Both the position numbers and the translations under genes were made by a program. Source: Selaginella moellendorffii (lineage: Eukaryota > Plantae > Lycopodiophyta). Taken from it: a stretch of DNA of 64,000 nt. The notes beneath the pieces were generated by a model. It was not told where the DNA came from. It was given only the letters and a program-made list of their open reading frames with translations, and searched no databases. The DNA lies in the NCBI RefSeq assembly GCF_000143415.4, contig NW_003314365.1, forward strand, positions 509,181-573,180, in the 5' to 3' direction. Shown piece after piece: positions 36,570 to 49,886 of this stretch (positions are counted from its first letter, which is position 1; each line of letters begins with the position of its first letter).

Positions 36570-37486
36570 AAACAAAGCCTTAGGAGTTCGATGATCCACC
36601 ACGCAAAAGAGATAGCTCCGTGGAACAACATTAAACCAGTAAGATAGTTTCTCTCAACAACATGAAATCACCGTCACCGCTAGGTTTTGGTCTTGTCTTT
36701 CCAACGCTCACAGTATTGATAGATGGAACAATGCTGTACCAGAGCTCTTAAGGGAAGTGGCCTTAGCGAGCACATCAGAAAGGATACGAAGAAGTGGGTG
36801 TGTGCTACATTTGATTCCTTCTATTTCGCATCCTTACAAATACTTTGACAGGCTTGAACGATGACATCACTAAGACTGCAAGGTGGAAAATTTTACCTGT
36901 TGGTGATTGCTGAAAAACGATAAGATGTGAGAAAGAAGGTTACTTATATCAAGTTTCTTTCTCCTTTTACTTTTTGTTTCTTGTGTCTAGGTTTGTGAGA
37001 ATTGAATTGAAGAAGCTCAAAATACATCAGTGGCCATGGAGATGTTTTCTGTCATTTGAAATTTTAGCTTTAGAGCAGCAGCAATAACCTTTGGACCAGA
37101 ACTGGCGAGCACAATGTTGGCGCTGGTTGATATGCAAACATTATACCTAAACACAATCCATTTAAGAAAACTTCATGTCACCACTGATCAAAAGTGGGCT
37201 GATGCACTAGAGCACTTCCAATTAGGATAAAGGGCACCAAACACACATCAACCTCTCTAGTGCGCCACACACAAGCTACAAATACTACTTATTCTAGCAT
37301 AACACTAACACGTTTCAAATTCACATGAAAGAAGCATAGGCAACTTAGTCTCTTCCCGCACTCTTATGCTTCATGATAGGCGCCAGACAATTTCTTTAAA
37401 TGAGATATTCTGTTATGTGGTCAGCCAGCCGTTAAAAATCAAAACGCGCCTCTGCCTATCACAAAACCACAAGTAAAAGACAAAAA

Positions 37487-38704
37487 ATGGGAAGGAAGAA
37501 CAAAGACAACAAGAATCCAGGCCCTGGTGCATACTATCCTGACGTCAAGCCAGTCACTCCAGCATCTCCAGCGTATTCGATCTCCTGCAAGCCTCCTCCT
37601 CCCCACAATGACGAAGGTAATCCCGGACCAGGAGCATACACTGTCGAGCATGGAAATAAGCGTTTTGGACCTGCATTTACAATTCCTGGTCGCCATCCTT
37701 CTTCTCATGAGAAAGACGAAAAAGCACTTATGCCTGGACCTGGAGCATACAGAGCCGACTGTGAGATCATTCATCCTCGAGATCCTGCTTACTCAATGCA
37801 GGGACGAAGGTCTTCCTACCCAAAAGAAGTTCTACCTGGACCGGGTGCTTACGGTGCTGGAGCTTCAGAAAGCGGTCCGTCTTTTACAATTCTGGCGAAA
37901 AGAGAGTCGCCAATGTCTACAAGTGCCGAAACGCCTGGACCGGGCGCCTATAATGCTGGAGAGCGTCCAAAATCGTCGGCTATTTCTTTTGCTGGCAAAT
38001 ATGGACGAAGGTTGGAGGATGACAGTCCTGGACCGGGAGCTTATCCAGCAGCAAGTACTTTAACAGGTCCGTCCTTCAGCATGGCACGAAAGCGACCACC
38101 ACGAGAGGTTATTGAGACGCCTGGACCTGGACAGTATGCAGCAGACGCAGCCCTGGCTTATCTTCAACACAAAGAGCCTGCTTTCAGCATTGCTGGTCGA
38201 GGACGAAGACAGGTTGAAATTTCTGGACCCGGGCCTGGTGCCTACAGTCCCAGGGTCGTGACTTCTGAAACCAGACGAGGATGCAGTATTTCTGGAAGGA
38301 AGCCTGCTAGAAAGATGGAAGTCAGTCCCGGTCCTGGAGCTTACTTTTGGAAGACTGTCAAGAGGCCAGGTACTCCTGCGTATACCATTGCAGGGCGACA
38401 CAGTAAATCGCTTCAGGAAACTGGACCTGGGCCAGGTGCTTACAGTCCAGTAGAAAGCTACTGGGGTGGTCCGGCTTACAGCTTCACATCCAGAAAGCTC
38501 AACAGGCCAATGAGAGAGTCACCAGGACCAGGAGAGTACAAGGCCAGCACCAAGAAACTAGCCGAATCATCACCCGCTTTCTCCATTGGCATCAAGTATT
38601 CTTCCAAGAATTTTGAATCTGGTCCAGGACCTGGAACATACAACTCGAAATCTTCCCTTGGAGGACCGGCTTTCACACTCTCTGGAAGAGGTGATGATGA
38701 TTAG
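37487..38704 (+). CDS. ODF3/SHIPPO-1-like PGP-repeat axonemal protein, 405 aa
   Basis: Twelve or so PGPG(A/Q/E/T)Y repeats, each followed by a P(A/S)(F/Y)(S/T)(I/M/F)-type segment. Intact single ORF. Additional upstream exons cannot be excluded. Confidence 0.88.
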   Translation: MGRKNKDNKNPGPGAYYPDVKPVTPASPAYSISCKPPPPHNDEGNPGPGAYTVEHGNKRFGPAFTIPGRHPSSHEKDEKALMPGPGAYRADCEIIHPRDPAYSMQGRRSSYPKEVLPGPGAYGAGASESGPSFTILAKRESPMSTSAETPGPGAYNAGERPKSSAISFAGKYGRRLEDDSPGPGAYPAASTLTGPSFSMARKRPPREVIETPGPGQYAADAALAYLQHKEPAFSIAGRGRRQVEISGPGPGAYSPRVVTSETRRGCSISGRKPARKMEVSPGPGAYFWKTVKRPGTPAYTIAGRHSKSLQETGPGPGAYSPVESYWGGPAYSFTSRKLNRPMRESPGPGEYKASTKKLAESSPAFSIGIKYSSKNFESGPGPGTYNSKSSLGGPAFTLSGRGDDD

Positions 38705-38800
38705 AAATGTTTTTCTTTCAAAATGGAAATGTGGAGAACGTTTTATCACAAGAAAGCAACAGATAGTAAGTAGACTAGAAAGAATTAGGGTTTCGCCGAA

Positions 38801-41547
38801 ATGGCGATCCTAGCCGCGCAGGACAGGGAGTTCTCAGGTAAGATTCACCTGCGTAAATGCGTTTAATTACACCCCCTTGTTGCGTGTTCAAGATGCCGTG
38901 GAATCAGGGACAAGTAATCAAGAAAAGGAGGTTATCCGCGTTGTTTAGCTCCTTAGCAATGCTGTAATACTGACTTTTAGGTGGAAGTTCTGCAAGCCGA
39001 GCTCAAAGTGTTGCCATTGAGGGCTTCTGACAGTGAATTGACCATTTTAACCCTGCGTTCTCAGCTCGCACAGAAAACCGAACAGCTCAGCTTCCTGACG
39101 GATGAAAAGGTTTGCTTTTACATGAAGCATCATGCTCACTATTTCATGAAATGTAGGTTGTGAGTGAAGAAGCGCTTGAAGCCAGCCAGCGTGAATGCTC
39201 GCAGCTAACCTCTCTTATCAAGGCAAGAAATTGTATGGTGAGATATTTTCTGAGCAATTAATTTCAGGAACTAGATGCTAACATTGGAGACCTAACATCT
39301 GCTCTTGCAACAAGGACAGAAGAACGTGATTCTGCCATATCTTGTGAAAATAAGGTAGGAAAATGGGCTGTTAATTGCATTTTATGCATCTGTGTACAGG
39401 AATTAGAGATACGGGTGGCTTCTGAAGTGAAACTTCAAGAGAAATGCAAAAATTTGGAGTATGAATCTCTTAACCAATTGGATTATTCTTATATGGGCAT
39501 TACAGGTGTCAACTTCAAGCCCTTCAGACAGAACATACCAAGTTGCGAAATTATGCTGAGGATTGTAAAAATGAGGAGTGTCGGAAGAAATTAATTTTAG
39601 CGGCATCCGCCTCTGAGATTCAAGAATACCAGTAATATGCTATAGATTCTCTTTTCCTTTGTAAGTGCGCTGCAATTACAGAGTTCAGCTACAGATAGCT
39701 GAGAAGGAAGTCAGGGATCTAAAAGTTCTTGTAACACAACTCGATCAAACAAGGGATAAGCTCGTAATATTTTGCAAAAAAACTTTTCTTCAACTCATTT
39801 CTTGTGTATGGAAGGTCGGGAAGCTTGAAACTACAATGGCAGATTATCAGCTGCTTGAATCGCACCTTATAAAAACCGAGGGTGACCTTCGGCGTCTTAC
39901 AGAAGAGTCTGAGGTCAAGAGTACGGAAACTCTGCATTTACAAACTTTAATGGAGTCTCTGGGAAAGGAGAGAGACCGTATTGACACTGAGGTATGATTC
40001 TTTCTTGAATTATGCATGAACTATCTCTTTTTTTTCCCGCATAGTTTCACATTCAAATGGACAGCTTCTTGCAACTAAAAGAAGAGAATAAAAGGCTAGT
40101 CGCCGATGCCTTACATATGTCGAAGGATCTACATAAAGCGGAACAGGCTCTTCAGGAAGAAGGCATGCACGTTCATCAAGCGGAATCAAAGGTAGGTTTC
40201 TTGTTCTTGTCTTTTTGTTTGGAGGAAGTTCAGTATTTTTTATCTATAGATAGCATCTCTTAAAGAAGAGCTTGCCATTGAAGAAGGTTCACGGCATGTG
40301 TTTGAAGAAAGGTGTGCTGCAAAGGTGTGTCATGCAATGTAGGGATTTCCCTGTTGACATTGGTCATTCAGACTGCAGAGTTGCATGTTGTTAAAGAAGA
40401 TTTAACTCGAATGACCTGTGACATTCAGGTATAATACTTGTCCTAGCATGAGTGATTACTATGCTTATGCAGACCGTAAAAGTGAGCTAANNNNNNNNNN
40501 NNNNNNNNNNNNNNNNNNNNNNNNNNNNNNNNNNNNNNNNNNNNNNNNNNNNNNNNNNNNNNNNNNNNNNNNNNNNNNNNNNNNNNNNNNNNNNNNNNNN
40601 NNNNNNNNNNNNNNNNNNNNNNNNNNNNNNNNNNNNNNNNNNNNNNNNNNNNNNNNNNNNNNNNNNNNNNNNNNNNNNNNNNNNNNNNNNNNNNNNNNNN
40701 NNNNNNNNNNNNNNNNNNNNNNNNNNNNNNNNNNNNNNNNNNNNNNNNNNNNNNNNNNNNNNNNNNNNNNNNNNNNNNNNNNNNNNNNNNNNNNNNNNNN
40801 NNNNNNNNNNNNNNNNNNNNNNNNNNNNNNNNNNNNNNNNNNNNNNNNNNNNNNNNNNNNNNNNNNNNNNNNNNNNNNNNNNNNNNNNNNNNNNNNNNNN
40901 NNNNNNNNNNNNNNNNNNNNNNNNNNNNNNNNNNNNNNNNNNNNNNNNNNNNNNNNNNNNNNNNNNNNNNNNNNNNNNNNNNNNNNNNNNNNNNNNNNNN
41001 NNNNNNNNNNNNNNNNNNNNNNNNNNNNNNNNNNNNNNNNNNNNNNNNNNNNNNNNNNNNNNNNNNNNNNNNNNNNNNNNNNNNNNNNNNNNNNNNNNNN
41101 NNNNNNNNNNNNNNNNNNNNNNNNNNNNNNNNNNNNNNNNNNNNNNNNNNNAGTACATTCGCCATATTGGTTCACAGCGTACGCCCTAGTGATGTTGCCA
41201 AGGTACTTCAGGTCTTTTTGTATCTGGCTGACTGAAGGTATCAGGAACATGAAGATCACAATGCCACATTACCAGCCGACTTGTCTAAAACGTCGGTGAT
41301 ATATAAAGATTGTTTGGAAAGACTTCATCGAACTGAGTCGCAGTAAGAATTGCGAAAATGCTAATTTTACAAAATATAAACCTTTTAACAGGTGTGCGCA
41401 GCAAAAAAGGGACTATGACAACATCCTTGAGCTACTTGCAAAGGTTTCCGTATCCAATCTTGGTTTTATTCATTAGCTTCTTGATAGGTAGATGAGGAGA
41501 GAACGCAGCTGCAGAAGAAATGCTCGGAATTGCTAGCGAGGGATTAA
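38801..41547 (+). CDS. Multi-exon coiled-coil protein of unknown identity; contains an assembly gap
   Basis: ATG at 38801 (MAILAAQDREFS|GTAAG). Many short exons with heptad-rich E/L/K/Q content and about 50-nt introns. Last exon VDEERTQLQKKCSELLARD* with TAA at 41545-41547. Confidence 0.65.
40491..41151. other. Assembly gap (others at 13396-13495, 16095-16194, 43912-44011, 45920-46019)
   Basis: Runs of N. Confidence 1.
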
Positions 41548-41731
41548 AAAGCACCACCAATGCAGGTCAGTATGCATGCCCTTTCAAAAAAGCTCCTTAT
41601 GGTTAATCAACAGATAGGAGCATAAAAAATTGTGGGTAGCGACAACTTTATGTAGATTATTAAAGTGCTTTGGTTGAATGGCAATTAGGGCTCTCTAAAG
41701 ATTTCCCGCTCTGTCATTTCTTGTCGCTCCA

Positions 41732-44376
41732 ATGGTGGATGACGAACAGGTAAGGAATCCTTGAGCTGGATGGACTGATCTTCTCATTTCTTCTGGCATT
41801 TGCAGCCAAAAAGTCCATTGAGCGCGTTGCGCTCTCCAGAGCCATCAGGCACACCAACACTCAAAAGTACCTTAGCATGCAGGTTCTCATTTCCCCATTG
41901 TAAGTTCGAAGCTGATTGTTCGTCAGGCCTTCGGCACTTGGCTTTCACCTCAATAACTTTGAATTGATATATCCCACATCCATTGTCGCTGAAGAGAAAT
42001 GCGGTCATTCCCTCAAATCAGAATCTGAAGAGCCTTATTTTATCAAAACTCGTATGCTATTGAATCTGTTAGTATAGAAAAAGCTCAGCCTTTTGTTTCA
42101 GATTGTGAAGACGATCTTTGCGTTTGGCATCCTTCTATACTGGATGTTGAACCAGAGGAAAAAAAGTAGCAGGTTATTTTGAGGCACAGTGGCTGTGAAA
42201 TATTTATCCCTCAAATTACAGACATGATAAAAAAGAAGTTCTGCAAGGAAGTAACTCGAATTTTGAGGCTTTTGATTTGTCCTCAAAACATCACGCGTGG
42301 ACGTCTTTACCAGAATTTAAACAGCGTGGACACCAAGATCCAGCAATGGATTGCAAGGCTATCAAAAGCTTTCCATTTGAAGGTATGATGCCGTGTGGTT
42401 ACCCTATGTGCTCATCCGTATGTTTTGAAGATGTTGCTCACAGAGATGGACAAACTGAAGCCAGTGCTCTACAAACTCGATTTGCTGAGCTATTTAGAAA
42501 AGTTGTACAATATTTATGCTGCTTTAACTTATGCTTTCAATTTGTTCAGGTAACAGCAAATCTAAGCAAGATAAAGCCCCTCAGTGTTTCTATACAGCAA
42601 GAGGATCTTCTAAAAAAGGTAGTTGTTGAGAAGGGATTTTTAAAGTTTTCTTTTCAGATAAAAGAACTAGAGCTGCAACTGGCCCATGAAAAGCGCCACA
42701 GTCAGATAGTTGGTAAGAAGATGATAGAGGAACGACAAGTTGCCGAAAGAATTCTGAAGGAACGGCAGGAATTCTGGGAGAAAAAACTCAAGGATCTACA
42801 AAAGGAAAAGTATGCTCTATCCATTCGCCTACAGGTGATTTTCTAGGATGTTGCTATAGTTGTGCTAATAATCAGCTGTTTAAGGAGGTGGGCACCGAGA
42901 CTCCTCGAAAGCGTATCGCAAGGGGTGACGATGTCGTTGTCTTGACCGGAGAAGAACTGAAACGGCTGAAACAAGAACTGTGGGAGCAAGAGTCACTTAT
43001 TAAGGGTTATCAGGTATGGCAAATAATAGGGTGCCTACAGCTTACATTGTGATTTCAGCTTGAAAATCAAAGAGCAGTTGACAGGATGAAAGATTTTCAG
43101 CTAGAGGCCAAAGAAAAGCATAAGCTAATGGCAGATGAAAATGCTGCGCTTGCTTCACAACTCGCAAACATGCAATTATCTGTTTGTCAAAGTACTGGGC
43201 TTTCGATGGAGGGGTCGATGAAATCCATCAACGGCCTTGAAGGCCATGCCAGAGAGCTGAAACTCAGGCTCGAAAACGAAAAGGTCTTTTCTTTCACTTA
43301 TTATGCTAAGGGAACGAATTTTCTGTGTCATCACAGCTCCTACAGCTTGTTTATGACCTGGAGCAAACAATTGCAGAGCTCAGGTCTAATAAGAAACAGA
43401 GAGAGCGAGAGGAAGAACAAGCTGCAAACTACCAGCAATTACTCTTTGAGAAGAAACAGCTTGAGAAACAACTGAAAAGTCAGGTACCCCTTGATAACAA
43501 ATAAATTTCCACGTCTCAAGTAATATTGTGAAGGCTGCTACGATTACTGAGTTGGAGATGAAGATTTTGATGGACCAAACAAAACTTAGGCTGGAAACAC
43601 CTCAAACTACACCACCTCATAATCCGCTTGCTTCAGAAAATGGCCAAGCACCTTCAAGGAAAATAAAAAAAGTCACCCAACAGGTCTGTTCAGGATTTGC
43701 TGAATGATATAAAGGTTGGGAAGTTTCTTATAGGTTGCAGACATCCGCTCGTTTTACCTTAAGAAAATTAAAGACCTTGCTCAAAAGCTGGAAAAGGCTA
43801 ATGATGTAAAGCCAAAGAAGCTAGATGAGTTGTTACCCTACAAAGACCTGTCATCTCAGGTACTTTTTACTTTTTCTCTTCATGCGTGTGGGTTTTAATT
43901 TCATGCAGTCANNNNNNNNNNNNNNNNNNNNNNNNNNNNNNNNNNNNNNNNNNNNNNNNNNNNNNNNNNNNNNNNNNNNNNNNNNNNNNNNNNNNNNNNN
44001 NNNNNNNNNNNAAGCATTAACCGAGGAGCTGTCTGAGCTCCAATGTACACCTCGTAACATACAGGTGTAATCAATTTTAAGAAGACATCTGCTGAAGTCT
44101 CTTTATTATTATGTGCAGTTCAACGTCTTAAAGGACAAGATTCAAGACATGGAGGTTTGTCACCAGCAGAAGGAGCTGGAATGGGAGGAAATTCTCAATA
44201 AAACGAAGCGGGTCTATAACATTCAACAGGACACAATTGAGAGAAAGTGGGAGCTCACTCTAGCAGCCAAGAACGCTGAGGTAGAGCGATTTAGATTGGA
44301 ATTAGATACCATATTAGAAACAGCCTTGAAGATTCAAGCAGCACAACTACAAATAGTAAAAGGTTCTTATTTTTGA
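41732..44376 (+). CDS. CEP162: CEP162-like centriolar/transition-zone coiled-coil protein, multi-exon
   Basis: LKQELWEQESLIKGYQ|LENQRAVDRMKD...MADEN and the C-terminal KIQDMEVCHQQKELEWEEIL...KWE...KNAEVERFRLELDTIL match the two conserved CEP162 blocks as I recall them. Proposed start MVDDEQ|GTAAG. Confidence 0.72.
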
Positions 44377-44390
44377 CTTTTTATAGTGAA

Positions 44391-44417
44391 ACTAGCAAGG
44401 AATCCAGCTCCGCTGGC
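44391..44417 (-). mobile_element. Helitron-like 3' terminus about 15 bp after the CEP162-like stop codon
   Basis: Minus strand reads GCCAGCGGAGCTGG-ATTCCTTG-CTAG-T, nearly identical to 35793-35819. Confidence 0.6.
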
Positions 44418-45259
44418 ATAGATAGTAATTATGTTTTTTTAATATTATCATGTAAAAGAGCTTCTTTATAGACTATATTTTTTGTGTACACAATTTTATT
44501 TTGCAGGAAACCTTGTCCCTCACATTGTTTTATAGACATTTGTGTCTTTGATGTTCCCCTTGAGAGTGCAACATAAAGTTGACCATGGCTGAAAACTTGT
44601 CTTGGCAAGAATATCTTTATATTTTACAGTGTTTGTCTTTAGGATTTGCAAATTATAACAGAGAATGCAAGCCTTATAGAGAACTACTACCATTTTACAA
44701 TGAACGGCATATCTCCATTTTTTGGTTTCAAAGAGATTATTGGTAGAAGTAATTTTTTTTTACTTACATATCATTCTGTAAAATTTTAACTTCAATGACA
44801 TTTGGTAAAGCCTTGGTTATGGTAGTTTATTTGTGTTAATATTATGTAAGAGCATTATGATACAACTGATTTTTATGTTTATCTTGTCATTCCAGACAGT
44901 GTTACCAAGTTTAAGAACTCCATACAATAGTCAAGCATCTTCTCATTTGATTCTGTTTCTACAGTATCAATGCTCTTGTATGTTATTGTTGCTCATTCTT
45001 GAAAGGACTCAGTCATTTACTTGTAAAGAGAGGTCATTTAAAGTTGTGAAAATAGCCTTTTGAAATAGGCTGAAGTTACTTGTCTTTGTATGTTTTTCAA
45101 ACACACTATCTATCAATTGTTCTATAGTAATGGATGTTAGTGGTACTCTGAATGTCCTGATTAAATCTTGGGAGGTTAGGGAGATTGCCATTCCTTGGCT
45201 CACAAGCCATCTTGACCATTCTTTTTCTTCTGGGTTCACTTGCATGTTTATATGCAATA

Positions 45260-45845
45260 AGAACTTTAGGAGTTTAGAACATATTGGTGAAGATTTAACA
45301 CTATTTTGAATGATTTGTGTGTGGCAAGCGGTTTATACGGATAGTAACACATTGAGCTACTTTGTTATGCAGCCAAAGCTTATGCCGAAGTAGACTCATT
45401 GGCAAGAGAAGCTTGTTAGAGTTGATATTAGAATCATCTATAAACCTAGTAAAAACAATATTATTTTGGATGCATTGAGTCATCAGGCTCAATTCCAGGC
45501 AATATTGGCAATCAATTTAGACTGGTTGGAGGAGATTTGGGCTTCATATGGAAGTGATTCATTAGCGAAGGCAATCTTGCACCATGCGAAGTTGTCAAAG
45601 TAAAACTCTAGTAGCAAAGTGGTGAAAGTTGCTAGTGGTGCCAATGTAAAGCTTCAGTTCTCAATTTGGGATGGACTTATATTCTATAAGCAAGAAATAT
45701 TGTATCTTCCGTCCAAGGATCTATGACACCTGTTTCTACAGGAACATTATGATGTTCCCACAGTGGGACATAGTGGTAAACAAAAGACTCTTTCTTCATT
45801 GAAAAGGATTTTTTTGGTTAGGTATGGAAAGTGATGTAGTAGGTA
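45260..45845 (+). mobile_element. Decayed Ty3/gypsy RNaseH-integrase remnant
   Basis: Remnant translation ...ELEHIGEDLTLF...IIYKPSKNNIILDALS...WDGLIFYKQEILYLP...EHYDVPTVGHSG with stops. Confidence 0.65.
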
Positions 45846-45879
45846 CCAGCTAGTCTCGCCCTTTTTCTTACCCCCTTTT

Positions 45880-45914
<35 letters not shown>

Positions 45915-46019
45915 CTTTTNNNNNNNNNNNNNNNNNNNNNNNNNNNNNNNNNNNNNNNNNNNNNNNNNNNNNNNNNNNNNNNNNNNNNNNNNNNNNNNNN
46001 NNNNNNNNNNNNNNNNNNN

Positions 46020-47268
46020 CTGAAGGAACTCTATGGAGGTGTTTTTAAACTGTGTTAGGTTGGGGCTAAGGGTTAATAGCCTTAGGTGGGAGTGAGCATA
46101 TATTTAAGGGGTGCCAAAAAAGAGCAATACCCACTCTCAGAAGAGAAATTGACTTCAGTACTTTTGTCTTAAATGGAATGGTGCCCCACTTAAGTACTAT
46201 AAGGTTCATTGGTCCTTGCCCTTTCCTAGAGGCTTAGGCCTTCCCTTTGGTATGAAAGTGGGGAGTTAGGGTTTAAACTATGGTGTTTCCCTTTGAGGTC
46301 CTGAACTATTATATACACCCCAAGACTTAGGATTGAGAACAAGTTTTGTTATACCATAACATGTTAAAAACCTCAAAGATTAGTTGGTTATGGTTGAGGG
46401 GATTTTAGACAAACTTTAAGTTTAGTTTAACTCGAAAAAAGGATTGGGAGAGAGTTTAGGAATTTGTGAAGAGATGGTTAACACCCTATTGCTTATGTAG
46501 TGAGAGTTGGTATTTTTATAAGTAAAACATTAAGCATAATAAGCAGAGTTATCTTTAAGCTTTGAATATGCTTAAAGCTCCACACTTTTAATTAAAGAAA
46601 AAATATCAAAAGTTAGTGTCTTTGGCAAGATTTCTACCACTAGATTTCTTGAATAAGTTTGCAATTAATACACAAAAAGCCCCATAGCTTCATGCTACCT
46701 TGGAATAGGCTCAACCTCATCTCACATTTATGCCACTTCTTTAGTGCCAATAGCTGTGTCACCAGTGCCAAGTGCCCCCTCTTTTCCTGGGTCTAGCCAT
46801 CCTTATCCCTTACTATTGGACCAAAATCTTCATGATTGCCCAATGGCAAGATTGTGATGGGACAAATGTTACACACTAGATTGAGTGGTAGGCCAAGTCC
46901 AAGCTATAATGTCATGCCTCCACCATCTTCTTATGCCCATAAGGAAATATTCTATGGGTTTTGCATATCATTTAGGCATTAAGAGGGCACTTGCCAACTA
47001 AAGTGCTTCTTTCTCAGTTGTTACTAATATGGGTATGTACTAGCCCTTCTTCAACTTGTTAAGAGATTTTAGTAGAGTATACAAGAGATAGTGGATACAC
47101 AAATATTAAGCACTATGCTGCTCTAGCACTTGGGTGAGCCAAGCTCCATAGTCCACATCAATTGCCTTATCTGAGCATTTGCTACAAGTAGCATCCTTAA
47201 ATCATCCTCCAAATGGTCGGAGGTGTGGTTAAGTGACTAAAATAGAATGTAAAATTTAGTCGCTTATA
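46020..47268 (+). mobile_element. Decayed LTR fragments (family B-like, then family A-like)
   Basis: 46170-46500 resembles 11100-11460. The end ...GTGTGGTTAAGTGACTAAAATAGAATGTAAAATTTAGTCGCTTATA is the reverse complement of the LTR end at 57312. Confidence 0.6.
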
Positions 47269-47279
47269 GATAAGGGTCA

Positions 47280-49288
47280 AGTGCTAACTCTCCCCCTTAA
47301 CTACTCCTAAATGGTAACTGCCACTTCATCTTGAGTCCTGATTGTCAAGAAAATGCTCGAATGTATGGTTAATCTGATGTACTTCATCAACCCAATCGTG
47401 TTGGTCTACTACAAAATAGTACCGCAGATAATCCTCAACTTGAGCATTCACATATTTGGTCTACCCATCAGTTTGAGGATGATAAGCCATACCAAAGTTC
47501 AACTTGGTATTGAACAACTAGAATAGTGTGCCCCAAAATTTCCCCATAAATCTTGAATATCTATTCGAGATCATTTCTTTAGGAAGACCACAAAGTCGTA
47601 CTACTCTATGGAAAAAGAGCTTTGTTGCTTGCTTTTCATTTACTATTTCCACAGTTGGAATGAAATGTGCAATCTTCAACAACCGACAAGTATCATAACC
47701 CTTAGATTTTGAAATGACGAAATCAAGTGTCACACTCTAAATTTTCCATGTTGGTGCTAGAATGCATTGCAACTTTCCAGCCTACTTATTATTTTTGCAC
47801 TTACATTGCTCGTATATAGGGCGAGAACGGACATAAGCAGCTACATCACTTTCCATACCAAATTAGAAAATCCCTTTTTCATAAATCAAGAGTCTTTTGT
47901 TTTCCACTATGTCCTACTACTGGAATATCATGATATTCCAACAGAAACAACTACTATAGATCCAAATAATCTCTAAATATTTTATCCATCATTGTACTAA
48001 ATGTTGTTGAAGCATTACATAACCCAAATGGCATGACAAGGAACTTATAAGATCTGTACCAAGTCTTAGAGGCTGTCTTCTCCATATCCTGATCTGCCAC
48101 CTATATCTGATGATACTTGGACCACTAATCAAGTCACATAAAATACTTTACCTTTAAGAGTTGGTTAAACAAGTCATCAATGTAAGGCAAAGGATAATTA
48201 CTTTTAACCTTGATTTTTTTGAGTGCCCAATAGTTAAAAAAATCCTCATATTACCATCCTTTTTCATAACAAAAAGGAACGGTGCTCCATAAGTGACTTG
48301 TTTGGTCAAATTTGACTTTTGTCAAGAAGCTCCATAAGTTGTTTCTTGAGTTTAGCTATCTCCTTGATGTTTAAATGATATGGAGCCTTTATAAGTGGTT
48401 TAGAACCCAAAATAACTTCAATTCGATGATCAACCTCATAGCTAGGAGGTAGCTCTGGTGGTAAATCCTTTGGAAAGATATCTTGAATCCATGCCAAAAG
48501 CTTTAATATCTCATTTGGTATAGGATCAACCTCTTCACCAATTTGAATTGGGTCACCATCACCCTCAACTTCCATTACTTGATCCCAAAAGGTCTAACAT
48601 CCCTTCTTAGCTACTTTTTAAGTGGCTCTTGTAGTCAAGAATTTAGCATCCCAATCCTTTAAGAAGCACTTTTGCAATAGAAAGGACACATCAGGACATC
48701 CTTCTAACCTCAATATTATATGACTTTATCAAGCACAATAAATCCCTTTAATATATTTGTTGAAAAAATCTATACCAAACACCATTTGAAAATATGGTAT
48801 CCTCAACACTACCAAGTCCACTCTTTCTTTCCACTTGGATATTTTTGTTGAAACATCACTCGCAAAATTTCAGCTACTTGCCTACCTTCCCCAAACTGAA
48901 AGTGTATGGGCAACATTTGCTTAGCATTCAATCCTATTAACTTACCTAAGTCTTCAAATATCACGCTATGCATAGCTCCCATTTCAATCATCACTCGGAT
49001 TTGGTGTCCATGGACAAAGCCTACCAGATAGATCAACAGATTAGTGTTTACATTGACTGCAAGAAATCCTTGAGGAAAGTAATGAAAGTAAATCACCTCC
49101 TCTTCCTCATAGTCTGCATTGACCAACTCGTTAACCCCTTTAGCTTCACCACCATTGTCTTCTCTCATGATATTGACATGAGACACATGACCTTGTCTTA
49201 TGCTTGTTGGGACATTCCGAGGACTTTATGTCCTATCTCTCCACAACAGAAGCAATGACCCATACTACCTATTCTTTTAGGAATAGGT
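47280..49288 (-). mobile_element. Old Ty3/gypsy gag-pol remnant (protease, RT, integrase) with stops and deletions
   Basis: RVMIEMGAMHS; FPKDLPPELPP...DHRIEV...APY; NYPLPYIDDLF; FLVMPFGLCNA; GLPKEMISNR.SRFMGKFW. Confidence 0.8.
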
Positions 49289-49886
49289 TGTAAGTGAATA
49301 AATTTTCCATTCTACTTAATCATTTAATCACACCTTTGACCACTTGGAGGAGTCTCACTCATAACCTCCATAAGTCCTACTCTAGACTTGGGGACTTGTT
49401 AGCCTCATGAATGGCATCTATGCCACTTAGCCTTTGCACTTGGTCCAAGTGCTCCACGTGTCCTATAACTGACACCCAAAGGTACCACTGAAATATCAGT
49501 CTATTATACTAAGGCTATGCTGATTCACCTTTGTCACCCTGGTGGTCCAAGACCACCTGCATCACAGATCTGTCTCTCAAAGATTGAGCCATCTATTCAT
49601 AGTGGTCATCCCATGACCATACCTTAGCATCCTTAGGATGCTAGAAGACATGGGGAACACCCTTCCCCAATATCCCTTCTTCAGTTCATGCCAAGTCTCC
49701 ATCCCCGGCCGTGCTTGCCAACACTGCCACCGGGTTAAAGATTGAAGACCCGACCATTAAGTCTCACCAACCTTTGGGACTTCCTCAATATGTGACCATA
49801 TCCTTAGTCACTACACATGAGGACTACTCTTCCTTTCCACAATCCACCTATGCTAAAGCCTTGTATCTCAAAGACTAGACCATTTG
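49289..49886 (-). mobile_element. Family A LTR fragment, interrupted by the younger gypsy element
   Basis: Starts TGTAAGTGAATAAATTTTCCATTCTAC, homologous to 57312 and 63049. Confidence 0.75.

Noticed and set aside
40418-41299. Long ORFs spanning N runs (also near 13.3, 16.1 and 43.9 kb)
   Set aside because: Artefacts of translating assembly gaps.
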